From positions 21,390,001 to 21,454,000 of the forward strand of contig JBHGNT010000006.1 in assembly GCA_043228905.1 (NCBI GenBank): a DNA stretch of 64,000 nt, written 5' to 3'. The number at the start of each line of letters is the position of its first letter. The stretch's first letter is position 1. The DNA comes from Azolla caroliniana. Taxonomy: Eukaryota; Plantae; Polypodiophyta. This document shows, piece after piece, positions 11,569 through 23,709 of this stretch. Under the pieces are notes generated by a model, which worked only from the letters and a program-made list of their open reading frames with translations, was not told the origin of the DNA and did not search any database. The position numbers and the translations under genes are program-made.

Positions 11569-14500
11569 TATCATGAAAATCCGTAACTATGTGCGGATTG
11601 TGAGGCGGAACCGCGAGGTTTATGAAATGGATGGAATTAGGGCTCACACGGACAACATGATTGCTCGATCATTTTCTGAAAAGAAGAGGTGCATGGCCAA
11701 GCATGATTTACACACAAGATAAGATACAAAAGTTTGAATGCCTTTGTGAAAGGAGAAGTGCATAAGCAAGCATGTGTCCGAAACATGATATCAGTTAGGT
11801 CAAGATTTGAACTGTTGACCTCTTATATTATAGTCAAGTGTTGTGTTGTAACCAACACACCTAAATACATAATTATAGGTTATCTATTCAATTTCTACGA
11901 GTTTTTAGAAAGTTCTCGAACTAGAAGGTCTAGAGAATTCTTTAATATTCTCCAAAATATTCTAATGCATGTACTTCAACTCACAATATAAATACTTGTA
12001 ACCTTCGTGGTCCCTTTCAAGGGATTCAACGCCAGTCATTGACACATCAATTCTCTATAGAGTAATCTAGAACACTCTAGAATATTCTAGGGTAATCTAG
12101 TAATCTAGAATGTTTATAGTGTATTCTAGAAGGTTCTAGCATATAGAACACTCTAGAATATTCTAGGACATTCTAGAATATATAGTAATTCAGAATATCC
12201 TTATGATATTAGATTATATATTCTACAAACAATACGCATAAACTTGTTATGACAATGGTTAAGGATTTGACATGTGTATAACAAGTTTGTGGGTTCAATT
12301 CTTTTCGAGACAAAATGTGAGTGTCATCATGACACTATCCGAGACAAAATGTGAGTGTCTTCATGACACTATCCCCCTTCTTCGACGACAAGTCTCATGG
12401 GTCATAAGATTCGTAGTAGTACCTCGTTTATGAGGATATTCGCGATGAAATGCGGTGACCATGTCCGCGGCATTGGAAAGATTTGCAACAAGTTCCCAAG
12501 TTCGATCGTTGGGGGTATAGCCTAGCCAATCAACCAAGTAATACAACTTGTTGCGCATGATTTTAGAATCGAGAATGGCAGCGACCTCAAATTCGGGTCC
12601 TTCCAAGAACTCAACTGGTGGCAGAGGAGTTGTAATACGGCCCGGAATTGAATTGTTGGTGTAAGGTTCTAAAAGGGATACGTGGAACACCGGATGGAGG
12701 CACATGTGCGGAGGGAGGCCAAGACGATATGCAACATCACTTATCTTACCAGTGATCATGTACAGGCCAAAACGTTGGTAATCCAATTTACCACAAGGCC
12801 GAGTAGTCTTGATGTTGTTTTGGAGAAGCCATACAAGATCCTCAACACAGAATTTTTTGGAGGAATCTAGGTGATGACCATCCGAAAGCCTCTTGTGTGT
12901 AACTTGTGCATCATGTAAATTGTGAAGAATGGAAGTGTGAATTTCTTGGAGGTGACTAAGATGATCTGCAACAGCATGGTTGGTAGGCACTTGTGGATGC
13001 GCATTCATTGTACACCGAGGATGGCGGCCCGTATTTGCCAAAAATGGGGAATATCTCGTAAAAGAATGGACCGAGTTGTTGTAAGCGAATTCAGCCAAGT
13101 GCAGAAAATCAACCCAATCATCTTGTTGGTAGTTGATGAAACAACGAAGATATTGCTCCAATGTCTAGTTGGTACGCTCAGTTTGGTCGTTAGTCTCAAG
13201 GTGATAGCCCGAAGAAAGCTTAGCCGAAATTTGGAGAAGTTTGAGTATATGCTTCCAAAACATTGAAATAAATTGTGAACCCCGATCACTAATAATATCA
13301 TCTGGAAGACCATGGTGCTTAAATACCTCCCGCATAACTAGATCGACCACCTCTTGACTAGTAATAGACTTCGTACATGGCACGAAATGTGCCATTTTGG
13401 TAAGTCGATCAACCATTATGAGAATTGCATCATAACCTTTTGAAACTGGGAGATCGGTAATGAAATCCAAGGATATAGACTTCCAAGGATTTTCTGGAAT
13501 GGGAAGTGGTTGTAGTAAGCCATAGGATCGGTGTCGAGGACTCTTTGATCGACAACAGGTATCACAGTTGTGAACATACTCCTCAACAAAATGACAAAGG
13601 TGAGGCCACCAATATTGTCGAGAAACTAATTCTAGAGTTTTGTGAACTCCAAAATGTCCAACCATTGGTGAGTCATGGCAATGTTGTAGAACTTGTAGTC
13701 GTGGGGGACCATTAGGAACATACAATAGGTTTTGTCGAAATAGAAAACCACCATGCCAATAGAACAAACGATAGTCTTGCTGAGGGACAATATGATCCAA
13801 AACCTCCTTGGCAAATTCATCAGTGGCCATATGATCTCGAATGGAATCAAGAAGAGTGGAATCTTCAAGTCTTGTTATGGCATTAACTACCATTAATCGT
13901 CGGCGATTAGGACCCAAAAGGATTTGTTTTTGATGCTCAAATGCAGGTTCCCCTGGACGAAGTTCCATATAAGAGCATCGAGAAAGTGCATCTGCTTTGC
14001 CTTGCTACATCCCAGGGCAATATATGATTACAAAGCCAAAGTGAGTAAAAAATGGCGCCCACCGGGCTTGTCGCAGGACTCGAGCATTTTGGAAATATGT
14101 CAAGTTCTTATGATTATTGTAGACAATGATTTGCTGAGAAAAGCCTTCTAGAAAATGTCGCCATTGTAGAAAACAGTCCACGATTGCAAGAAGTTCTTTG
14201 TCATGGATCTCGTAGTTGATCTCTACAGTTTCAAATTTTCGGGAATGAAAGGTGACAGGGTGTACCTCTCCGTCATCTCTAGTCTGCGACAAGACACTTC
14301 CTAGTGCAAAATCGGATGCTTCAGCTTCAAGGATGAAGCGTTTTGTCGGGTCGACATGTTCTAAGATCAGTGCCGTTGTAAACGCCTGTTTTAAACTTTC
14401 AAATCCCTCGGCTGCATCCGAACTCCAAATGAATGGTTGATTTTTGTGTGTGAGTTGAGTGAGCGGAAGCACGACCTTAGAATAATTTTTAATAAATTTC

Positions 14501-17500
14501 CGATAAAAGTTTGCAAACCCGAGAAAATATTGCACGTTGCGCACTGAAAGGGGAGTCTGCCACTCTAGAATTGCTTGAACCTTCATGGGGTCCATAGAAA
14601 TACCATCTGAGGATACAACGTACCCCAAAAATTCCACTTGATTTTGGCCGAAACTACACTTTTCTAATTTGCATAGACTCCATATTCTCGTAGCTGACGT
14701 AGTACCTGATGAACATGTTCATCATGTTCCTCTTGGGTCTTCGAATAGATCAAAATGTCATCTAGGTAAACTATAGGGAAGATATCGAGAAAATCTCGAA
14801 AAATATCATTTGCCATATGTTGGAAAACTGCAGGTTCATTCGTGAGACCGAATGACATCACAGTATACCGAAATGTCCATAGCAAGTGTAAAAAGCAATC
14901 TTCCATTCATCCCCCGGACGAATCCGAACTAGATTATATGCACCACGAAGGTCCAACTTCATGAAATATTTTGCTCCACTAAGACATTCCAAAAGATTTG
15001 GGATTAACGGTAAAGCATATCGATTCCGGATGGTCACTTTGTTTAGCCCTCGATAATCCATGACCAACCGAAGAGACCCATTTTGTTTCTTAACGAAGAA
15101 GATAGGTGCACTAGCAGGGGATCTAGAATGCCGAATGAATCCATTTGTGAGATTCTCGTCGATATATTCCCGCAAAGTCTCTAGCTCTACAAGGGAAAGA
15201 TTATAAATTGGGCCCCATGGAGGTTCTTTCCCCAGTTGCAAGTCAATAGGGCAATCGTATGGCCGATGCAACGACAATGTACTGGCCTTCACCTTATCAA
15301 AGACATTTGAAAACTCTTTGTATTTATCTGGTAGTTTAATGTCCCCTCTATGTAAGGTGGATGATGGAGTTGCCACTATTGCGAAGACAAACATGTCCTC
15401 AGTCCCCCCTTCCTCATGTAATTGACATAGAGAGATGGTCGATAACTTATGGGGTCTAGTATCAAATGTCGGAGATTTGAGGGATGTGACCTTTGTTCTT
15501 TCTTCATGGGTCTCCTCAACTGTTCTTTTCATCCAATCAATCTTCGGGTTCTAGAGTTCAAACCAAGGGAGACCTAGAACTATTGGGTGTTCTAGACTAC
15601 GAATTTAAATGTTGAAAGAGATTATGCTTGCCAAATCGCCAAGAACTATACGAATTGGCTCAGACTCCTCGACTATATCACTTGATGCTATGGGACGGCC
15701 ATCAATGACTCCTACGACTACTGGGTTTGAGAGCTTATTCAAGAGGATGTTTTGTGACAATGCAAATTCACGATCCATGAAACAAGAGTTGGCTCCAGAA
15801 TCTAGGAGGGCAGAGGCTAGGACTCGATGACATATAGATGTGGTAAGCTCAACTTGTGCAGAAAAAACTCTACTCACTTGACTTGATAAAATGGAACCAC
15901 GACTAGGGACTAACTCTACATATCTAGGATGGTCCAACCAAATGGCTCCTATTTTGGCCGGACTTACTCGTTTAACACATCCTCTAATTGACTCAAGATG
16001 TCGAATCTATTCTCATGGCATGGAGTATTAGGCTTATTGACGTTATTAGAAGTAACAATGGAGCTCGAAGTAGGGATATCATGTGCACTTACTTGGTATA
16101 CTTGACGTCTAGGTTTATCTGTACAATTCACGGCTATATGTCCTGGACTGCCGCAATATAGACATAGGCGGTGCACACGATGTTGTTGTTTCTCAGCATC
16201 GGATAAAGGCCCTCGACGTTGTGTTGTCTCTATTTCCATCGGAGTTGGGCCATCCCTTGTAACGGGTCTGGAAACTTGTGGGGGCATTGCGACTATGGAA
16301 GCATACGTTTGTTCTGGTTGGCGGCATAACATTTGTTGGTGTTCAGAACGTTGCTCAAAAAGACGATTATCGCATCGCACTGCTCGACTAATGGCCTCTG
16401 TTAGAGACTTCGGATCTTCATGGAAAGTAAGTAGAAGAACTTTGACGTCATTACGCAAACCTTGACGGAATTGATCCATTAAAGCTGCCTCATCCCAAGG
16501 GATATCGCATGCTAAAGACAAAAATCAGTTGCACATGCCGACGCAGGACGATCTCCTTGCCGGAGTCTTAGAATCTTGTTTATCGCCGTCCTAGTGTTGT
16601 TGGTGTCTCCAAAACTAGCCTGAAACTCCTTAACAAATGCCTCAAAATCGTCTAGCAATGGTGATTGCTTCTCAAGGAGTGGTGCAAACCATGCTAATGT
16701 TGTACCACATAACAAGGTTCCCACTAATCCCACACGAGATGTGTCAATTGGGTACCGATTGGGATGTAACTGAATAACCAAACAGACTTGATTCAAAAAA
16801 CCTCGAAATAAAGACCTCATACTAATCTTTGGTTCTCGAGGGGAGTTTTCAGCCCTTGACGCTTGTTCCCGTAAAAATAAGAATCAAGTTACAATGGGTT
16901 TTTTGATAAGCGAAATACTTTCTCAAGGAAGGGGTAAGAGAGATGGAGAAAAGATGTGAGTGGAGTATAGAAGAGAACTGTGACCCTTGTTTGATGTTGC
17001 CTCTTGAAGGATTCCTCTTCATTCTTCTTCCAATTCTATAGAGCTTCGACGTCACTTCTCCCTTCGCCCCTTCTTCTTAAGAATAAGGTCTTATTTAAAT
17101 AGGTTTCTATGGCTTGCTTTTTTCCCCTAAAAAGAATGCTTGTCTATGTGAGGTGGTTTTTCTTTTTGTCACTATTTCTGTTCTCTTCATGTTAGCTTTC
17201 TTATGCATGTTTTCTTTTCTAGTTTGGATATCGTTACGAAGAATTTATGAGCTTTTTTCTCTACATAGCTCTTTATATCCACACCTTGTTTTTTTATCAA
17301 CTTTTTCTACTTTTGAAAACCACCTCTAACATTATATCCTTCATCATTTATTACTAGATTCAATCCCTTTACCTGTCATTTATAAGGCATGCTCTTTGAC
17401 AAATGAAAAGTATTTTTGTTACTAACAAAGTTGTTCACAATATTATTATTTTATTTCTTTTTGAGGGTGGTTTCACATCATCGTTGTAATCATCATGACA
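11569..17500. mobile_element. old LTR-like insertion interrupting the family B RT just after YVDDLVIG; sister copy at 37292-43831
   Basis: Termini T(A)TCATGA...TCATGACA; host RT frame continues on both sides; same site in both duplicated blocks; TSD degenerate. Confidence 0.55.
12054..16871 (-). mobile_element. Ty3/gypsy chromovirus (Tcn1-like), 5'-truncated and degenerate: gag-PR-RT-RH-INT-chromodomain, PPT, partial 3' LTR
   Basis: [68 protein letters not shown]; chromodomain EFEVAAILDSK..YYLVDWLGY..DRTWE; PPT GAAGAAGGGGGATAG then TGTCATGA at 12368. Confidence 0.92.
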
Positions 17501-19318
17501 TTGCCAATAACCAAATCATCCACGTAGAGGATGATAAAAATAGGGCTTCCAAAATCGCTTCTTACATAGAGAATTGTAGGATTTTGACATTTTGAAGCCA
17601 ATTCGATGAAGATACTGTGTTTTCTTGGAGTGCCATGGGTGCTTGTTTGAGGCCATAGAGAGGCTTCTTGAGTCTGCATACTGCATGTCGGTGAGTACTC
17701 GATTCCAATCCGGGTGGTTGTACCATGTATACCTCTTCTTCCCTTGAAGAAAGACGTTCTTGACATCCATCTGATGGACGTGCCATCCTTTCGTTGCTAC
17801 AAGCACTATCGGGGCAAAGGTCTCTTCATAGTCGACTCCATGTGTCTCTGCGTAAACTTTTACTACGAGTCAACCTTTGTAGCAGTTGACAGAACCATCA
17901 ACATTATACTTCACCTTCTATATCCATCTACAATCGATTTCCTTCTTGTGAGGTGAGTGGGGGGTCAAGATCTCATGTCTTGTTCTTACCGAGTGCTTCC
18001 ATATCCTCGTTCATTGCTTTGACCCATTGTGCATATTTAACACCTTCAACAAAACTTTACGGCTCTTGAACAGTTGCCACCTTCATCATAAAGGCATAGT
18101 GGTATGCTATGTCATCGTTGTAGCCAAATCGGATGACTAGGTTCTTTTCTCAAGTGGAGCGACAAAGTTTTTTGGTTTGTCGTTGTGAACTCTTTCTTTA
18201 CTACGAGTGTCCTCATGATGGTAACACCGAATTCATTGTCAATTGTTTGTGCTAGCTCATCTACATCACTCTCGTCGGAGTGGTTGTCCTTGTACTTGGG
18301 GCATTTTGGCCTTTCCTCTGTTCGATATTGAACTGCGCCATGACATGCTTTGCTCGCTTGTAGGCTCTTGTGATCCACTCAATCTGGCTGAGATCGGACT
18401 CTCCTTGGGTATTGCCCTTAGTTATTCATCATTGTCCAGGTTGACTCGAAAATCGGCTATGATTTGTTGGGGCGAAGTTAGGTTAGGTCCATACCATGAT
18501 GCAGATTCAGTAAACACGATGTCCTGACTTACGCGAGACTTTCTAGTAGATGGGTTTAAGCATTTGTAAACTTTCTACTCAGGCCAGTACCCCACGAGGA
18601 TGCACTTCTCCAAATTTGGGTCAAGCTTTTGCCGCTTCTCATCTGGAATGTGCATGTATGGAATTTAGTCGAATATCCTTACATTGGATAGATTTGATTT
18701 CTTTCCTTAGTACTTCTCGTGTGGGGTAATGTCGTGCACCCCGGATGTTATACATCGGTTCATTAGATAGACAACATGTGTGCATGCTACTTTGGCCCAA
18801 TATGACTTCGACATGTGTTTTTTGTTTCAGCATGGCCCTTGCTACTTCGAGGATGTGCCGATTCTTTCGTTGAGCTACTCCATTTTGTTGCGGTGTATAT
18901 CGACACGCAAATTCTCACTGAATTCCTTCTTGTTGGACAAAGGATGAAAATTCATCGGAAAAATACTCTTTTCCTGAGTCCAATCGAAGACATCGAACAT
19001 ATCAGTCTATTTCTTTTTTTACTCCGCCTTTGAACTTTTGAAAGTATACGAATGCTTCACTCTTGTTTCGCATCAGATAAATCCAAGTGTGTTTGGAGAA
19101 ATCGTTAATGAACGTGACGTAGTTTCGGCATCCTCTGAATGTGGCCATCTATGTTGGTCCCTACACATTAGAGTGGACTATATCTAGTAGGACTTTGCTC
19201 ACGTTCATGTCTTTCGGGAACGGGTGCCGATGTTGCTTGCCGAATTGGCATGCTTCACATACTCCATTGACTTCCTTTTCTGTAAATGTCTAGGGTCTGA
19301 TGTGGACTCCTTTTTATT

Positions 19319-19771
19319 TGTTAAGAATTAGGTAAGTAATTAAGAGTTAATTAGTACCTAATTATATGATTAAGTTAAGTGCGGAAGATTATGTGATATG
19401 TGTGTATATGTGTGTGAGAGGAAGAGAGAGAGGAAGAGAGAGAGGAGAGATACACTTATGAACAACACAAGATGGGGGATGAGTAAATTAGAGTGTATAT
19501 TATTAAACATCATCAAATACAAAAATACCATCAATGAGGTATATATAGATCTCATGTGCAAAGGTGCACATGTGTGAGGAGAATATAAGTACAACCGTGT
19601 AAGTCCTATATTAAATGACCTTGGGAGTGGAGGATCTAGAATATCCTACTTAAGTACAAGGTCCTATTTAAGTCGTTATAGTCAACACCTCTAACTAGAT
19701 TCTATCTAGGTAACTACGAAGTTACATGGTTGACTAACTAACTAAACTAAGTTGAGCTTGATCTCTCAATA
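19319..19771 (-). repeat. solo LTR (family B-like)
   Basis: TG...TCAATA termini, TSD TTATT/TGATT; absent from the sister block, which reads CCTTTTGATTGCATCC near 51022. Confidence 0.85.
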
Positions 19772-19806
19772 TGATTGCATCCACTTGACCTTTTAGAGGT
19801 TGATAT

Positions 19807-20090
19807 TGTCATAGACATATGCCACACCACGGTGAAAGGTAGGGATTGAACCCAAAACCTCTTGGTCTCCATTGGGCAACCCTACCAACTAGGCTACATC
19901 CATCTATGTATCCTGTATAAAATCCAACTTCATGTATGGTAGATTGAACATTGGAAGCTCCTAGCTTGCATGCATCCTCATGCATTCTCTATTCCTAGCT
20001 TGCATACATGCATTCTCTATTCCTATCTTGCATGCATCCTCATGCATTCTCTATTCCTAGCTTGCATGCATCTTCACACATGCATTCTCT
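19807..20090 (+). repeat. truncated copy of the tRNA-bearing solo LTR (complete sister at 51062-51544)
   Basis: Starts TGTCATA after GATAT at the same host site as 51062; tRNA-like module, then 34-bp CATGCA-rich repeats; cut at 20090. Confidence 0.85.
19831..19903 (-). ncRNA. tRNA-derived Pol III module inside an LTR (not a functional tRNA)
   Basis: 73 nt; A box TAGCCTAGTTGG and B box GGTTCAATCCC at tRNA spacing; partial acceptor and T stems; anticodon stem does not pair. Confidence 0.7.
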
Positions 20091-23000
20091 AAACCTTCAC
20101 CCAATCGGGTGGATAGAATAACAAGGATTACAAGTTGCGTACGAAATCTCTAGGTTTTGACTAGAGAAATGTCCTAGCCTCGAGGCAAGAGCCTTGGCTA
20201 CAATCTTCACCCAATTGGGTGGATACAACAATGACCCAGATTATAATTCCTCACCTAACTGGGTGGATGGAAAACCAAAGAAAACGGAAACTAGTGGACA
20301 GGACAGGTGTTGTTCAATCGTGGTTCTTCAATAGCACGAATAGCCCTTGGCAGGTCTCTATATCTGTGACAGTAGTTCAGTCTTCCTCTTGCTCGCGCTT
20401 TCGTTTTCTATTTCTCTCTCTCTATTTTCTGTTTTTGCTCTCTGTACTCTCAGAAAATTAGGTCACACTGTCTCTCTTTATCTTTTCTCTGTTTTTCTCT
20501 TATTGTCTTCTTGTAGTCCAACGTCTATATGTGTGTTCACACACACACAAAAGACACACACCCAAAAAAACATACAAGAAGAAAAAGGCATACATATATA
20601 TATAAATATAAATACAACTAATTATAACTTGCCTTAAGCCTATTCGGCGTTCAGCCGATTCAATGTTGTGGGCTCCACTTGGGTGGACAAGCCCCAACAA
20701 TTCTCCCCCTTCGTCACAAGTGGGGGCACAAGGAAGTTTTCCTTTTGTTTGGAAACTTCAAGCTTCTCCCTTGACAAACTTTTAGTCATCATTTCGGAGC
20801 CATTCTCATTGGTATGTATCTTCTCAATGTGCTTTGACTTAGAGTGAAAGGAAGAATTCTTGCTTAAGTGGATAGCACTTTGGCTATCACAATACAAAGT
20901 GTACCGTTCTTGGGTCAGCCCCAACTCTTGTAGGAATTTCTTTAGCCATAACAATTCCTTACTAGCTTCTGTGGCAGTAATATACTTGGCCTCCGTTGTG
21001 GATAATGCCACACACTTTTGCAATCTCAATTGCCAAGAGACTGCTCCCCCTGCAAAGATCATTAGGTAACCAGATGTAGACTTTCTGGAGTCAACATCAC
21101 CAGCCATATCAGCATATGTATATCCATCTAATATTGTTTGGTTCTTATTGAATTTTAGATAGACTCTTGAGGTACCCCTCAGATATCATAGTATCCATTT
21201 CACTACTTCCCAATGATCTTTTCCACGGTTCGAGAGAAAATAGCTCACTACACCAACTGCATGAGCAATGTCCGGCCTCGTGCATACCATAACATACATT
21301 AAACTACCGACTACAGAGGCATATGGTATTTATTTCATTCCTTCTTGCTCTTCATCACTCGTAGGGCATTGAGTTGAGCTAAGTTTAAAGTGGCCCGTGA
21401 GTGGAGTGTTGACCGGCTTACTCTTAGCCATGTTGAATCTCTCAAGTACCTTCTCAATGTACTTTTCTTGAGACAACCAAAGTCTGTTGCTTGCCCTGTC
21501 CTTGGTTATCTTCATCCCAAGGATTTGCTTGGATGGTCCCAAGTCTTTCATGGAAAAAGATTTGTTGAGTTCCTTTTTCAGATTCTCAGTCTTGTTGGTG
21601 TCTTGACCAACGATCAACATATCATCAACATACAAGAGCAAAATAACAAAATCCTCATCAGGGAATTTCTTGACAAACACACAATGGTCTGTGTTTGTTC
21701 TATTATACCCATGGTTCAACATAAAGGAGTCAAAATTTTTGTACCAAAGTCTAGGAGCTTGTTTTAGGCCGTACAAGCTCTTCTTTAACTTGCATACCAA
21801 GTTTTCCTTACCTTTGACTCCAAACCCTTCGGATTGATCCATGTAAATCTCTTCTTCCAAATCGCCATGGAGGAAGGTGGTTTTTACATCGAGTTGCTCG
21901 ATTTCTAGATCGAGACTAATTGCGATCCCAAGTACAACTCTGATCGAGGACATCTTCACCACTGGTGAGAAAATCTCCTCGAAATCAATTCCCTTTTTCT
22001 GGTTGAACCCCTTCACAACCAATCTTGCCTTGTATCTTGGCTGTGAGCAATGTTCCTCAGTCTTAAGCCTATAAACCCATTTGCTTTTCAACGCTCTCTT
22101 GCCCTTAGACAACTTTACAAGATCATAAGTATGATTGTCTTGCAAACACTTGATCTCATCATTCATGGCGTCAAGCCATTCCTCCTTATGATCATTTACC
22201 ATAGCTTCTCTAAAGATTTTTGGCTCTCCTCCATCTGAAAGCATCACATATTCATGTGGGTTGTATCTAGTAGAAGGTCTTCTTTGTCTCATAGACCTTC
22301 TAACCTCTTCCTCTTTCGGAGGAGCTGCTGAAATGTCACCTAGAGTATGATGGTCATGATTCTGCCCATCATCATCGTCGGCTGCATCATCAACCGTATC
22401 ATCATACTCCTCAGTATCTCCCCCATGACTTTGTGCCTCTGGGGCAGACATTGGGTGTTCGGTGACCGAACAATCAAGGGTGAGATCCGGCATTTCATTT
22501 GGCTCCGGATCTTGTAAGGTTTGATCCTCAAGGAATACCACATCCCCGCTTCTAATGAAATTCTTCTCTATTGGGTCATAAAGTCTATAGCCAAATTACT
22601 CATGGCAGTATCCCAAGAATATGCATGGTTTGGCTTTGTCATCAAGCTTGGATCTTTCATCTTTTGGGATTTGAACGTAGGCCCTACAGCCAAATAGTCT
22701 CAAGTGTTTGTATAACACATCTTTACCTGTCCAAACCCTCTCGGGAACATCGCCAGCCAAGGGGGCTAACGGAGACAGCTTTATGAGGTCAATTGCAATC
22801 CTCATTGCTCCACCCCAAAAGGATTTAGGCAATTTTGAGTGGGATAACATACATCTTATCCGCTCACAAATTGTCCTATTCGTCCTCTCAGCCACACCAT
22901 TGTGGTGAGGTGTTTTCAGGACACTTCGCTCTAGTCTAATACCATGCTCACGACAATATTCCTCAAATCGTCCCTAATATTCACTGCCGTTATCGATACG

Positions 23001-23709
23001 GATACATTTCAGCTTTCTTCTAGTTTCTCTTTCCACACTTACATGAAACTTCCTAAAGATTTCAAACACTTGATCTTTAGTCTTTAATGCAAAGCACCAC
23101 AACTTCCTTGAGAAGCCATCGATAAATGTGGTAAAGTACAATGCTCCCCCAAGAGTTCTATCTTTCATATAGCACAAGTCTGTGTGCATCAATTCGAATG
23201 GTTGGAATTTTCTTTTGGGGCGCAGATGCTGAAAGGCAACTTTATGTTGTTTGTCGGCCAACCAATCAACACAAGTTTCCAAGTGCATCCCTTTTACGTC
23301 TGGCAGGATGTTCTTCCTTGCTAGAACATCGAGTCCCTTTTGACTCATGTGCCCAAGTCTCTTATGCAATAGCTCAATCGAGACATCCTTGTTGGCTACT
23401 TTACCTCTCCGGCAGACACCACAGCATGGAGTGCATAGAGGGAATTCTGTTTTAGATATTTTGCCAATACTATTGAGCCTTTGTGTAAAGGAATTTTCCA
23501 TTTTCCATTTTGCTTCCATTTTCCATCACCAAAGGAATTTGTGTAACCCTCATCATCAAGCTTACCGGCTGAAATAATATTCAGCCGAATGTCTGGTACA
23601 TGCCTGACATCTTTTAATACTAGTTTGCAACCCATGTCCGTGGTCAGAATTATATTTCCTAGCCCAACAACCTCAATCACGCTGGTAAACCATTTTGACT
23701 TTACCAAAG

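Larger units (their letters stand above)
10263..19806 (-). mobile_element. copia family B element, copy 1 (3' LTR 10263-10668; RH-RT-INT; 5' part lost; nested insertions)
   Basis: LTR matches 52365-52810; PPT CTTGAAGGGGTG on the minus strand; ORF remnants 10909-11647 and 17473-19300 with ILYVDDLVIG and PPTKHIDVHYH. Confidence 0.8.
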
